Positions 13,501 through 25,633 are shown, counted from the whole stretch's first letter. The stretch is DNA of 63,057 bases, filler included, from Octopus bimaculoides (GCF_001194135.2; 7 parts of 5 records of this genome joined end to end with filler, not necessarily neighbours in it), one strand, 5' to 3'. Translations and numbers: made by a program. Notes: generated from the sequence alone by a model not told the origin.

Positions 13501-14103
13501 TTATTATAGCTGATTGAACTGATACCAGTGTATTATTGGGACATATTTCATTAATACCTCCAGAATGATAATAAATAAACTAATCCTGGTAGGATTTAGT
13601 TGGATCAGTCTAATACTCTTCCATTTTATCACCTCCATTATTCTCTATATACAGAAAAATAACTGTACAAGGCTCTGAATATAAAGTAACATATATAATA
13701 AAATTACTTCTTTAGTTTGCTGATATGGCTGAAGAGGTAAGTATTAGAAATGACATGATTTCTGAATCTACTTGAAAATAAATGCTTTCTGACAAAATTC
13801 ACAAGTCAATACAAATAGGAAAATTCCTTCTTTTCTTTACATTTTCTTTACAAATGACACAGATCAGAAGAGAGATTTTTCTCTCTATGCCTTCATATAT
13901 AAACTGGAAGAGGCAGTAATAAAACTAAAAGGATAGCTTGCTTTGTTGAACAACTTTAGTAATGCTAATATAAATGTGGGCTGCCGTTGGGTTATTTATT
14001 GATGGGACAATATCTTCAACTGAAGAAAAGCAAAAGGATAATCAAAGAGTATTTGTTGTTTGGGTTGTTTCTTTGAATGTCTACTGCTGATATTTTTTCC
14101 ATA

Positions 14104-14134
<31 letters not shown>

Positions 14135-15141
14135 NNNNNNNNNNATATATATATATATATATATATGGAGAAAAAAAAAAGGTTTTGTCAAAAACTTGCT
14201 AGAACACATCCTAAGATTTTAATATGTTGTAGCAAATATACACAGACAACAAATTTAGTTTCAGCATTGTTATTTTGGTCAATCAGAAATTTTATCTCAC
14301 AGACTTGTAGTCTGTGAATAATTTTTGGTTAACTCCACAAAAATACATGACTTTTTCTAGACTAACCATTCTTGTATGTGCTATTGTAGCCAATCAGAAA
14401 TTTTACAAATCAGAAACTCATTGTCTGTTGAGCCATTATTTTTAGCTATTTAAACAAATCAAAAATTATACACTCTCTCTTGAATCATTTGCTTGACACC
14501 AGATTAGCGACTCAGCTATTCAGTCCTTTTCTCTCAGTAGACATGAATGATAAGTCATATTATTTTGCAATATCTAACTAGATAATCTATGGCCATTTAG
14601 TTACTTGTACAGATTTGACTGTATGATACTAGTTATTCCATTGAAATGAACATTTTTTATGCACTTCATCCAATTGAAATTGTAAAGAACAAACAGTCTC
14701 ATACATATATTTATATAAAGTTGCCCCCACCCTGACTTCTGATCATGCGGAAGTATTTATTTTGAGTGAGATTTTCACTGGAGATGATTGATATATAAGA
14801 AGGCAACCAACAAAAGGTCAGAATACAAATGGGTGAAAATAGAAGGGCACAGAGGAAAAAAGTGAAATGAAAGAGTGTGAGGTATAAATGTTGACTTCCT
14901 GTAAGATACACTACCACACAAAATGGCATCAGTCAGCCAATCCTGATATCACAAGAATCATACTAAGTTCCTTAGCATTCATTTTGAAGGATGTGAAGGG
15001 CTCGCTAATGTAAATGAAAAAGCTGTAATCTCTCCTAACATTTATTTCTGTTTGGTAATAGAATCATTGCTGGAGTGGACTTCTTAGAAAATTTTAACAC
15101 GATGTTAAGAGATAAAGAATATGGCAAAACCAAAAAAAGAA

Positions 15142-15198
<57 letters not shown>
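15142..15198. repeat. (AAT)n microsatellite
   Basis: Direct reading. Confidence 0.95.
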
Positions 15199-15202
<4 letters not shown>

Positions 15203-16200
15203 TAATGAAAAGGCTAGTAATTTGAGCTTTCATAGGGCTCAGGGTGTCAGAATTGTTATAAGTAGAAAGAAAGAAATGAAGAAAAGATTGAGTGACGTAA
15301 CAATGTGTGCAAGTGGAGAAGGTGGAAGGTAATCTTAAAAAAAAGAGTGGAAAATGGAGAGAAAGGGGTAATACAGAAGAGAAGTGTAACTTGTCAAAGG
15401 GAAGTCTCAATTCAATTTTACTGAAGCATTAGTAAAAGAAAATTTCTGTTTCATATATAATATAAAGAGATTCCTTGCATTATTTAAACTCTGCTTTATG
15501 ATTACAAAAGTACTTTTATTTATTTGTTCAGTTATTTTTGGTAAAAATCTATAAGAATGCATCATGAAAGTCAATGGGAAAATAGGTCTCACATTGCAGA
15601 ATTTCAGATTGCAGAAAAGCTTTCAGGAATGCAAACTTTCCAAAATATGGAAGATTGCTGTATATAATGAATAGCTATGACCTGTAGGTTATCGACTGGT
15701 AGGTTGAAGTATCAAGCTAAACATTCAGCAAAATCAAAGTCATTGTTCTGGAAATTGAAAATACATTTATGAAAAGATTCACTGAAATTACTCCCAGTCA
15801 CACCAATACATAACAGCTTGTGAAGTTTGTATGACAAACTGTAGAGGGGGTTAGGAAAATGTAGTTGTTCTTATTGTTTAGTTATTGGTCAGTCCTGTTC
15901 AAGCAGACCTATGATGAAATATGTACTGACTATGATCATACCATCAATTTGTATAGCAGAGAATATATTATCCAATGTGTCTTTCTCTTTTTATAAGATG
16001 ATAGGTGTGATTTGAGGAAAATCAGGTTGCTATCTCTGACAGGCTGAATGATCACAGAAGTTGTAGACTTGGAAGTTAGACTTAGAAATTTCTACTGGTA
16101 TTAGAAATATTAAGGACAGTGATGTATCTTGTTTAGAAACTCTTAGAAGTTCTGCACTAGGGGATAGAATAGCCAAAGAAACTTCTGAGTGATGAATCAC

Positions 16201-16260
16201 CTTTTCAGAGGAGAAGATAGGACGTCTGACTGAGATGGAAGAAGTTTCAGGACTATAGCG
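16201..16260 (-). CDS. Candidate 60-nt exon of an unidentified host gene
   Basis: Branch-like TTCTAAC, pyrimidine tract and TTTTCAG acceptor; donor AAG|GTGATT; two open frames. Confidence 0.3.
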
Positions 16261-16495
16261 CTGAAAATTGGAGTTGTAGTTCATATAAGTTAGAAAGGGA
16301 AAATAAATGTATGAGGTCAGGGGGACAATTCTGCTATTGAACTTATGTTTATGTGAAAGAGGTCCAGGCCTGCAAATAGTTTGATTTTGGCAGAGAGAAA
16401 AGTAACTAGATATATTAGAGTGGCTTTGTATTAAGAGACTATGTATTTTTTTGACTTTGAAGATAACATTTGATCTTATTTATATCAGATTAAAT

Positions 16496-16540
<45 letters not shown>

Positions 16541-16633
16541 CATTCATATGTGCCACACACACACACACACTCACGCATATGTGCCCCCCNNNNNNNNNNN
16601 NNNNNNNNNNNNNNNNNNNNNNNNNNNNNNNNN

Positions 16634-16645
16634 TTAATTAATTAA
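16634..16645. other. Assembly gap linker TTAATTAATTAA (also 24828, 33325, 35938, 46259, 59575)
   Basis: Identical 12-mer centred in 100-nt N gaps six times; has stops in all six frames. Confidence 0.95.
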
Positions 16646-16752
16646 NNNNNNNNNNNNNNNNNNNNNNNNNNNNNNNNNNNNNNNNNNNNCTACGAGTTGT
16701 ACAATTTAATTATTACATTTATTATTCAATTACATACAAAGAACGCACTCAC

Positions 16753-16900
16753 CCAATGTTCGTTATGAATAAACAAAAGTCATGTCCGCCATATCTATCA
16801 ATGACATTTTACTACGACAGTCACACAAGACAACAACAATGAAACAATGAACTCAGACGAACCACATTGACACACGGAACGTCAGACGAATTACATATCT
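16753..16900 (-). promoter_or_regulatory. Candidate first exon/TSS region of a minus-strand gene
   Basis: Strong donor TGG|GTGAGT at 16752, YY1-like CCGCCATAT motif at 16786-16794, CpG retained here but depleted on the lower-coordinate side. Confidence 0.35.
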
Positions 16901-17249
16901 AACAGTCCATATAACACTATCTGTCTGTCTGTCTGTCTAACCTCTCTCTCTATCTCTATCTATCTCTCCATCTATCTATCTAAATATAAGTTCAGGATTC
17001 AAGCGAATCAGGTCCTTAGTAAAGCACCAAGGTCGGGTCAGTGAAATCGCTATCGCGTAAAAACAATATTTGAGGAACAAATACATACTTACTAAAGTAA
17101 ACGCGATTTATATTTCAGTTACATGTACAATCACTCAGTTATACCACTCAGTTTTCCTCAATGTCATGATCTTGCGGAGAATATTTCGCCTCTATGAACT
17201 GCCACCGCCAATACTTAAGCTCCTGCTTGAGTCATTAATGTAATGTGGT

Positions 17250-17892
17250 TTCACGGTCTGACTTTGTCTCCTGCTCATGCATGCTAGAAGCCCTTCAACT
17301 TGCTAAAGTTCCAGAGAGCATAATCAAATCCACAACTGACATGACTTCATCCGGGGTCAACATCTTGAAATATGTGTGACTGTATTATCACTGATAAAAT
17401 ACAGTACGCAGAAGTATGTTCAAAGTAGATAGATTCTTGTGACGCTGTTCATACTTTCAGTAAATCCCCGGTGCGAAGGATATCTCAGTGGTTCACAGGG
17501 AGACAGAAATACCAAAATTACACATCTTTATGGATGACTTGAAGTTGTATGCCAGAAATATGCCAGCTGTATGCCAGGAAATGAAAAAGATCGTTTACTT
17601 TGTTACAACGTTGTCAAAAGATATAAAGTTGGAGTTTAGTCATGATAAATGTTCCTATATGATTTTGAATTGAGTGAAAACTAAACCAGACTAGCAGTAT
17701 CTCCATCAATGACGCAACCGTTTCTCCTATATTTGATGAGGTACCTAGAGTTAGATGGAAACAAATCTTAGAATAGTAAGTGTAGCAAGGAGTGCTTCAC
17801 TAAAGAATGTAACAACCGGATAAGAAAAATATCAATTTCGGTACTCTCTGCATTCAATAAAACAGAGACCTGTTTGTAGTTCGAGCACTCAG
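17250..17892 (+). mobile_element. R4/NeSL-like RLE LINE, RT portion (interrupted by LTR element)
   Basis: MLEALQLAKVPESII, LFILSVNP, HIFMDDLKLYARN, DIKLEFSHDKCSYM, RIRKISISVLSAFNK. Confidence 0.85.
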
Positions 17893-18140
17893 TGTGGTAA
17901 TAATTACTGATATTATTACTGTATAATGTTATATTCACTACCATTAATATTACTACAACCATTTGAAAACGAGGCTCAGAAATGGTATTTAAACATGGCT
18001 GTCTGCTGACCAGCTAGGTTGGTGACTAAAGCTACTACTGACGGATACTGTACTCTCGTTCTTAGAAGAGTAAAGCCTATTTTCGGCTAATCTTTTCAGC
18101 CTCTTGTATTAACGAAATTGAGAATTGCTGCACTACTACA
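17893..18140 (+). repeat. 5' LTR of Ty3/gypsy element
   Basis: Starts TGTGGTAATAATTACTGATATTATTACTGTA, matching 20808 at 30/31; ends CACTACTACA; AGTAAA signal inside; gag ATG 15 nt downstream. Confidence 0.75.
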
Positions 18141-18154
18141 ATTTGCTCTTCTAA

Positions 18155-18900
18155 ATGGACAAAGCACTACGCACGGAGCATTTTGCCGTCGACCCAGCCT
18201 CACCTACTGCCGGAAGACGGTAGAAACATTAGCATTTTACTTTTACCAACTACCTAGACGCGCTTAATGCGGCGGAAGGGGATACATTCCACCTGCTCGC
18301 CAACTACATTGACCCCGACGTGTTTGAATATATCGCGGACTGCAACACGTACAACTTATCCCTTGATGTTCTTACTTCACTATACGTGAAACTAAAGAAT
18401 GTAGTGTATCACGTCACTTGTTATACACTTGCAAGAAGGAGTACGGACAAAGTTTAGATCAATACTTCCAGAAGCTCAAACTTTCGGTGAAAGACTGTGG
18501 ATACAAAGCTGTCTCGGCTACCGAACATCTCAACGAAGTTGTAAGAGATGCCTTCATAAGTGGCGTGCATTCTAGTAGCGTACGCCAACAGTTGTTGGAG
18601 CAAGACAACCTAGATCTCCACCGGACCTTCATCGAAGTACGGATGCTGGAGACGGCAGAGACTCAATCTTGAAGTTACTTAAGGTCAGTCGTTCCTCTTA
18701 ATGAAGCCTGTGCTGCACGTCCTTCCAGTCCGAAACACGACGACACTGTACCTGACGCCAGTTTATCAGCTGCCACGCCTATGTGTGTGTTCTGTGGCTA
18801 CAACAAACACCCACATTCCAAGTGTCCAGCTCGGGAAGCGACAGTTAAAGCTTGCAACGAAGTCGGTCACTTCCAGCGGGTTTGTCAATCTTCTCGCATG
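18155..18900 (+). pseudogene. gag: gag with CCHC knuckles (Ty3/gypsy, Mag-like)
   Basis: MDKALRTEHFAVDP..R*KH*, VRDAFISGVHSSSVRQQLLEQ, CVFCGYNKHPHSKCP..CNEVGHFQRVC; TGG>TAG stops and frameshifts. Confidence 0.88.
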
Positions 18901-18959
18901 AACAAATGCTTTGTTACATACACAGATCCCACGTTGTCTGCCATATTCTCTGCAGCTCT

Positions 18960-20700
18960 TCCGGAATCATTGTTTTCTGCCGTTGTTAAAGTCTACGTAA
19001 ATGATGTAAAACTCAACGCTCTGGTTGATACTGGAAGCTCTGATAGTTATATATCATCTCATAGTGTACACTCACATTGTTGGCATATCCATTCATCAAA
19101 CATTCCAATTTCGATAGCCTCTACTATATTGTCAAGCTTTTGACGAAGTCAGTGTGTTGCCAAGCTGGTCTATCGTGACAATCATTACCCTAATGTGAAG
19201 CTTTCACTTTTACTTCAGCTTTGTTCAAATGTCTTACTTGGGCACGATTTTTTGAAACAGTATGAACAAGTAAACATAGCCCTTCTGATATTGCTATCGC
19301 CGCAACCTTGGGCCAGAATGGACGATGCGTAGCTTTCTTCTCCAGAGCGCATACGCACAACGAACGGAACCAGTCGAAAAGGAAGTCTTCACCGTCATTG
19401 AAGCTCTTCGTAAATGGAAGCACTACCTTATCGGAGTTCATTTTCAGTTAGTAATCGACCAACGGTCCATGGCTTTCATATTCAACAACGAACATAAAGG
19501 TAAAGTCAAAAACGACAAGATATTACAATGGAGGATTGAGCTATCTTGTTTCAAATATGATGTCGTTTGTCGGCCGAGTAAGAACAGAGCTGGAGATGCT
19601 TTTTCTCGGGGTTATTGCACATCTTCTACCCTCATGGTCCCTACACAGCTCCACGATTCCTTGTGCCAACCAGGCGTGACGTGATTGTTCCGTTTCGTGA
19701 GGTCAAAGAATCTACCATTTTCCACTGATGACGTAAAATCTGTGACGACTCAATGTCCCACATGCGCCGAAATGAAGACTGATGCTTTGTGCCACAGACA
19801 GCCAAACTTGTGAAGGCCACTCAGCCGTTCGAGAGATTAAGCGTCCACTCCCATGCACTAACCACAACAAATACCTACTTACAATTATCCATGAATTTTC
19901 TAGCTTCTCATTTGCATTCGCATATTCAGATATATCAGCCGTTATTGTCATTCATTGTCTCTGCCAACTATTTCGATTTTTAGACTCCCTTCTTTCATCT
20001 ATTCTGATCGTGGCGCTGCCTTCATGTCAGCTGAACTAAGGCAATTCCTCCATAATAAGCATAGCGACCAGCAGGACAATCTCATACAGTCCAGCGAGGA
20101 ATGGTCAGGTCGAAAGGCTCAAGTCAATCTTATGGAAAACCATTACTTTGGAACTGAAATCTAAGGAATTGAGTGCAAGTCACTGGCAGCGCGTACTTTT
20201 TGATGCTCTGCACTCTATTCGTTCCCTCCTCTGTACGGACACTTACACCACGCCCCACGAGAGGCTGTTTAGTTTTTACCGCTGCACATCTTCTGGGATC
20301 CCACTACCAGAATGGCTAGTGGAGGGTGGACCTGTGCTCCTGAAGAAAATACGATCCCGCAGTAGAAAAGATTGAGTTAGCTGAATGCAATCCACTGTAT
20401 GTCCATGTACGCGTATCGAACGGCATGGAGGAAACGGTTTCGTTGAAACATTTGGCTGCAGAAGTGGGGGAGATACGAAATTTTTCGATACACCGGCCGA
20501 GCTCGATACCTCATTGTGCAACCTGTGAACTATCTCAAAGCGGGAACACCGGCAGTTGAAACTAGAACCAGTGGTATCGATCCTGAAGAAGAAGCTAACA
20601 GCTCAAAATTTGATAACCCAGAGCAATCGTCTACACTCATAGAACTTGAGAAACCGAAAGGCTGGTCAACTGCACCTACACGCATACAATTTGCGAAATG
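18960..20700 (+). pseudogene. pol: pol remnant: protease - (RT absent) - RNase H - integrase
   Basis: LNALVDTGSSDSYI; SDIAIAATLGQNGR.VAFFSR; EKEVFTVIEALRKWKHYL; IYSDRGAAFMS; NGQVER; HSIRSLLCT..TPHERLF. Confidence 0.9.
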
Positions 20701-20797
20701 AAAAGACGTAAACTATCCGGAATATTGTAATACCCCTTGCTATATTTTGATGCCTAAGAACTTTACAAACTCACTTGGTAGTACTCAGATTCTTCAA

Positions 20798-20851
20798 TGG
20801 GGAAGAATGTGATAATAATTACTGATATTATTACTGTAACTATACGTGTTA
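20798..20851 (+). repeat. Polypurine tract and truncated 3' LTR
   Basis: GGGGAAGAA directly before TGTGATAATAATTACTGATATTATTACTGTA; LTR cut at TA 20850-20851. Confidence 0.8.
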
Positions 20852-21420
20852 TCAGGTTGAGTAAAAAGTAAGCAACGTTTAGAACTATGAAGAATTTGTA
20901 CCGGATTTTTTTAAAACATTAAAAAAAAAATTGTGTGATAATACAGTCATAGACTTGTCCAAATGCATCAATAAATTAACATTGATATTTTTTTCACCGT
21001 TGTTACAATCATCTGAGATGGAACTGACAAAGTGCGATATTCGAGCAATTTTGCTATTCAACTTTAAAAAAGGACGTAAAGCAGGTGAAACGCTCGCGAT
21101 ATCAATGAAACGCTTGGTGAGGAAATGACCAGTGGTCAGCTCGAAAATGGTTTAAATGATTTCGCAGTGGTTTTTGCAGCGGAGACCTGAGCCTTGAAGA
21201 TCAGTCATTGATGACGGTCAATTAAAGACCGTCATTGAGAAAGATCCACGTAAAACTACTCCAGAACTGGCAAAAGAAATTCAAGTTAGCCAGAAAACTG
21301 CCTGTAGCCATTTACATGCGATCGGAAAATCAAAAAAGCTCGACAAATGGGTACCACAGTTCTGGAGTTAGCACCAAAAATATCACCCACATCATGAGCA
21401 GATTTCCTTGCATTATTATC
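20852..21420 (+). mobile_element. mariner (DD34D, Hsmar1-like) 5' fragment
   Basis: TA|TCAGGTTGAGTAAAAAGTAAGCAACG resembles mariner TIR; MELTKCDIRAILLFNFKKGRKAGET, IEKDPRKTT.ELA, SKKLDKWVP. Confidence 0.88.
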
Positions 21421-21890
21421 TACCGATGAGACACTACATCATGAAATCCGTCAGAAAGATGATCCCGGTGCCGAAGTGAGAGGAATGTACAGTGTGGGAG
21501 AGAACATACCCGCTCATTATTTTAAAGTGTACTGGTGGAATGACCTAGTGAAAACTTGAATAAAGTGCAAACATAAGAGACATGATTTTGTGATTTGAGA
21601 CAGAGAAGAAAAACTATATACATTAGTGGAAATCAGTTGATCAGCGGATGTCAACAAAAGATTTGCGAAAAAGGAGATACCTGCACTGAACTACTGAGAA
21701 ATTTACAACTATAAGTTCAAATTTATACCCATAATTACTGAGGAACTGGGGTATGAAACAAACTGCATCAGCACCAATCTTGTGAAGTTAGGCTTCTCAA
21801 AACCAGAGAAAGTTAAGACATTACATATACCAGCCATTAATGGAGCTGTCAAAATATGTAAAACTTTCCAAAAGTTTAGCATTTAGGTAT
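21421..21890 (+). mobile_element. R4/NeSL-like LINE RLE domain (likely 3' half of the 17250-17892 element)
   Basis: YWWN..KCKHKRHDFVI*DREEK..VEIS*SADVN; GAVKICKTFQKFSI*. Confidence 0.8.
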
Positions 21891-22289
21891 GCATGCAAGA
21901 TAAAAATAAGAGATATGCGACAAAATTATCTCTTAGTTCAGTAGGTCAGGGAGACGTAATTTAAATCCTGTATAGATATTTTCTGTTCTTATTGTCGTCT
22001 CGTCTACGAGACAGATATATCGGCAGCCCAATACGATTATGCAAGCTGTTAAATATATCGGCAGAAGATAACAGTTTCACTATATCAATGTACTACGTAA
22101 ATAACAAACTAACAGCAAAGTTCGCTGTACATACAAGGGCAGAGGATAAGATTATAGCGATATCTCTGAAACCTCGAGAAGAGTCTCTTTAGTATTTCAA
22201 TCTCATACGGTTTACCTAGGTCTTCTACATTATTACAAAATACTCCACCCTAAAATCCCGCATCATACCATTCATCACATAGTTCATAA

Positions 22290-22480
22290 CTCATGAGGTG
22301 CATGCAGTACAGCGAGAATCCAAACAACAACATGTCTATTCACATTATTTACATTATTTATATTTGACGGATATTTGTCCTCATCTTGTTTGTTGTTAAC
22401 ACAACGTTTCGGCTGATATACTCTCCAGCCTTCATCAGGTGTCTTGGGGAAATTTCGAACCTGGATTCTCATTCCTAATT
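22290..22480 (-). mobile_element. PLE-derived terminal (pLTR-like) repeat carrying a hammerhead
   Basis: Contains the HHR at 22398-22443 followed by an (AATAATGT)-like tail; PLE origin is inferred from the HHR type. Confidence 0.55.
22398..22443 (-). ncRNA. Type I minimal hammerhead ribozyme
   Basis: GACAC-CUGAUGA-A-GGCUG/CAGCC-GAAA-C-GUU-GUGUU: stem I GACAC/GUGUU, palindromic ACGU stem III. Confidence 0.8.
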
Positions 22481-22516
22481 AAGTTTTTTGTAAACTTTTC
22501 CACAGGATTTGATAAC

Positions 22517-23480
22517 ATGCCGAAGCGAAACTATGACCATGCATACATAAAGTATGGCTTCATTGCAATCAAACGTGGAGAAGAAGCTCTTCCGCAGTGT
22601 GTGGTCTATATGAAGTCCCTTTCCAATGCGGCCATGAAACCCAGCCTGCTCAAATGTCATCTTGAGACGAATCATGCGGACCAGAAGGACCGAGATCAGA
22701 GTTACTTGTAGCGACATGGCGAGAACGTGAAGCGGCAGCGCATAGACAAGACTGGTAAAATCTACCAGATGAGGGCTGGAATTGTGAAAGCATCCTATGA
22801 AGTTGCTCTCCTGGTGGCCCAAAACACGAAGGCGCATACCATTGTAGAATCTCTCATCATGCCAGTGGCAAAGATCTTGGTCAGGCACGTGATTGGAGAA
22901 GAGGCAGCGGCGAAGTTGGTGAGTGTTTCCGTCTCTAACAACACTGTACAGCACCGTATAGAGGAGATGTCGGTCGACATTGCCGACCAAGTGATTGAGG
23001 GAGTGAGAGCCTCAAAGTATTGTTTGCCATTCAACTCGACGTCACCAACTGCTGTCAACTACTTACCTATGTCAGCTTCACGCAAAATAATGCTGTGAAG
23101 ACTGAGTTACTGCTGAGCCAGGAGTTGTTCAGTACAACGAAAGGAAAGGATGTTTTCGACGTTTTGCACATTTCCTTCAAGCAGAATGAACTGGATTAGG
23201 GTAAGTTGGTCGGATGCACGACAGATGGGGCTCCATCTATGCTCGGTCAGGTTTTCAAGCTCATGTGAAAGCTGTGTCACCAAACACCATCGCTGTCCAT
23301 TGTTTCATACACAGATGCTCTATACGAAGTTTTCATCATGCTTGAACCGAGTTATCAGAATCGTGAATTTCGTCAAAACGTCGGCTCTGAATTCTTGGCT
23401 GTTCAACATGCTCAGTGAAGATTTCGGCTCCGACCACATCTGTCTTCTCTACCACACAGAGGTTCACTGCTTCTCGAAGA
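22517..23480 (+). mobile_element. hAT Buster/Charlie-like transposase relic (ZBED5/FAM200-like), 5' part
   Basis: YIKYGF..LPQCVV..LSNAAMKPSLLKCHLETNH, ASYEVALLVA..KAHTIVESLI, SVSNNTVQHRIEEMS, TTDGAPSMLG, YHTEV. Confidence 0.92.
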
Positions 23481-24100
23481 CACCGTGACTCGAGGATAGA
23501 TTCGAGATCCTCTTACTTACACCTTTCACTATATGGGTGGCAGAAGGCTGTGCTACTATAAGACAGTCTCTCGTTTGGCTTGTGATAGGGCCTGTATGTA
23601 CCAGAGCCCAGATCTAAAGTAACATCTAAGAAATCAAGTGTGGTGAGATTAGTCTCACCGTTGATCTTGAAACCCATTGAGCTAAATGTGCTAATTCAGT
23701 GCTTTCTAAATTTTTCTATTGTATGACCGTTGGCTCCTTTAGAGATGGCTAGGGCGTCACCTCTGTAGAAACCGAAGAGGACCGAAGGAAACCTCTTCCC
23801 TAAGATGTCCAGTATGTACAGTCCGATCAGATCACAGACATCTGCGTTGTCATATAAATCCCATAGATACATCAAAGGAGCCGTCGGGGTTAGATTGCTG
23901 GACTCAAATCGAATCTTTGCTGAACAGCACCGTCTTCCTGGCATGTATGATAACTTTAACATCACTGTCACTAATATCTGTAAAGCCCTTGGCAAAGGAA
24001 AGTGCGTTCAATAATAATTCTTTAGAAATAGATGGATAAAAGTCGACAATGTCGAACTGTGTAAATCTAGCCCTACCTCTGGAAAGTAAAGTTGGGTGTT
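23480..24100 (-). mobile_element. Penelope-like element RT fragment
   Basis: FTQFDIVDFYPSISK, IIHARKTVLF, DNADVCDLIGLYIL, DFLDVTLDL..YRPYHKPN. Confidence 0.88.
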
Positions 24101-24609
24101 ACCGCACGATTACATATATAAGGAAAAGAATCTGAAAATTCAGGAGTCTTTTTAAAGTATTTATTAACTTAACCTGTTTCACTTATTTAAAAAAAATTTC
24201 AAATGTAAAGTGTGAGGTTTTGCGTATCCTCTGTGATTTCAAAAATTAATTTACAAAAATGTATTCAAATCAAGTAATAGAGTCTTTGACAATGATAAGA
24301 AAAGTTTTGAGGCTTTGTGTATCGTCTGTGATGAGTCGAGAAATAGTTTACATAAAAACATTCAGATCAGGTAATAAATTTATTTTCATAATGATAAAAA
24401 GAAAAAAAAAATTAGTTTACATGAATATATCTCGATCAAGTAATGGAATCTTGTCTTTAACTTCTTTTTCTTATTTTCTGTCCTTTATCACTTTTTCTCC
24501 TCGAATTCTTAACAGTGTAATCACATCAATGACCTGTTTGATACCAAATGACAAATAATAAACGTTTAAGTTATCAGTTTTTGATTTAAATGGCTAACAT
24601 ATATCTTCA

Positions 24610-24760
24610 CGGCGAGTTCAAATTTCACCGAGGGCGACTTTGCCTTTCATCCTTCGGCGTCGATAAAATAAGTAGCAGTCAAGCACTGGGGTCGATGTAA
24701 TCGACTTGCTCACCTCTTCAGAAATTGCTGGCATTGTGCCAAAAATTTGAAACCAATATT
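24610..24760 (+). mobile_element. tRNA-derived SINE (family A), partial
   Basis: GAGTTCAAATTTCACCGAGGGCGACTTTGCCTTTCATCC..GTCGATAAAATAAGTA. Confidence 0.8.
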
Positions 24761-24914
24761 TGTTACGCTGCAATCGTTTTAGTNNNNNNNNNNNNNNNNN
24801 NNNNNNNNNNNNNNNNNNNNNNNNNNNTTAATTAATTAANNNNNNNNNNNNNNNNNNNNNNNNNNNNNNNNNNNNNNNNNNNNTATATATATATATATAT
24901 ATACACACACATAT

Positions 24915-25085
24915 ACAATATACGACGGGCTTCTTTCAGTTTCCGTCTACCAAATCCACTCACAAGGCTTTGGTCGGCCCGAGGCTATAGTAGAAAACAC
25001 TTGCCCAAGGTGCCACGCAGTGGGACTGAACCTGGAAGCATGTGGTTGGTAAGCAAGCTACTTACCACACAGCCATTCCTGCGCC
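24915..25085 (-). mobile_element. SINE family B, 5' half
   Basis: Reverse complement of the 35003-35160 head (CTTGGGCAAGTGT, GGATTTGGTAGACGGAAACTGAAAGAAGCCCGTC). Confidence 0.88.
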
Positions 25086-25297
25086 AGTGTCAACTTGTTG
25101 CAGTCGATGCAGTGTCAACTTCTTACCTAATGCGAGCCTAAGCGATCTCTTATCTCTTACGCTATTTCAGTATTACACGTCAAAACTAAAACATTGACAT
25201 CTCTCTATTGTAATATGAGATAATACTTTTAGTTTAATCCTTTCACTATTATATACTTTTAGTATTAGTACTGAAACTATTATCTCACATACATACA

Positions 25298-25333
<36 letters not shown>

Positions 25334-25633
25334 CATATATTATGTGTGTGTGTGTGTATATGTATATGTATATGCATGTATATAAATATATGTATATGCA
25401 TGTATATATATACATATATATACATGCATATGCTATTTAGCTCTAGGAAGCTGGACCGCTTCCTGTCGGCCTTGACACATTGTATACAACTATCGCACCA
25501 CTACTGCTTAAGTCTCTCTGAGAGATTTAGAAATGTATTATTTCTAGTTTTTGTAATCAGTGAATGTGTTTCACTGAAATAATATATGTTTGCGAGAGTT
25601 TGACAAACTTTTTCAAAAAGCTGGTCGTGCTAC

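Noticed and set aside
12293-13736. Plus-strand exon candidates 12293-12417 and 13716-13736 (FADMAEE|GTAAGT)
   Set aside because: Good splice signals but no recognisable product, and they conflict with the minus-strand model; chance sites are common in AT-rich DNA
14270-14420. Repeated CAATCAGAAATTTTA / CCAAT-box-like motifs
   Set aside because: Could be NF-Y sites but there is no nearby TSS evidence; may be a short local duplication
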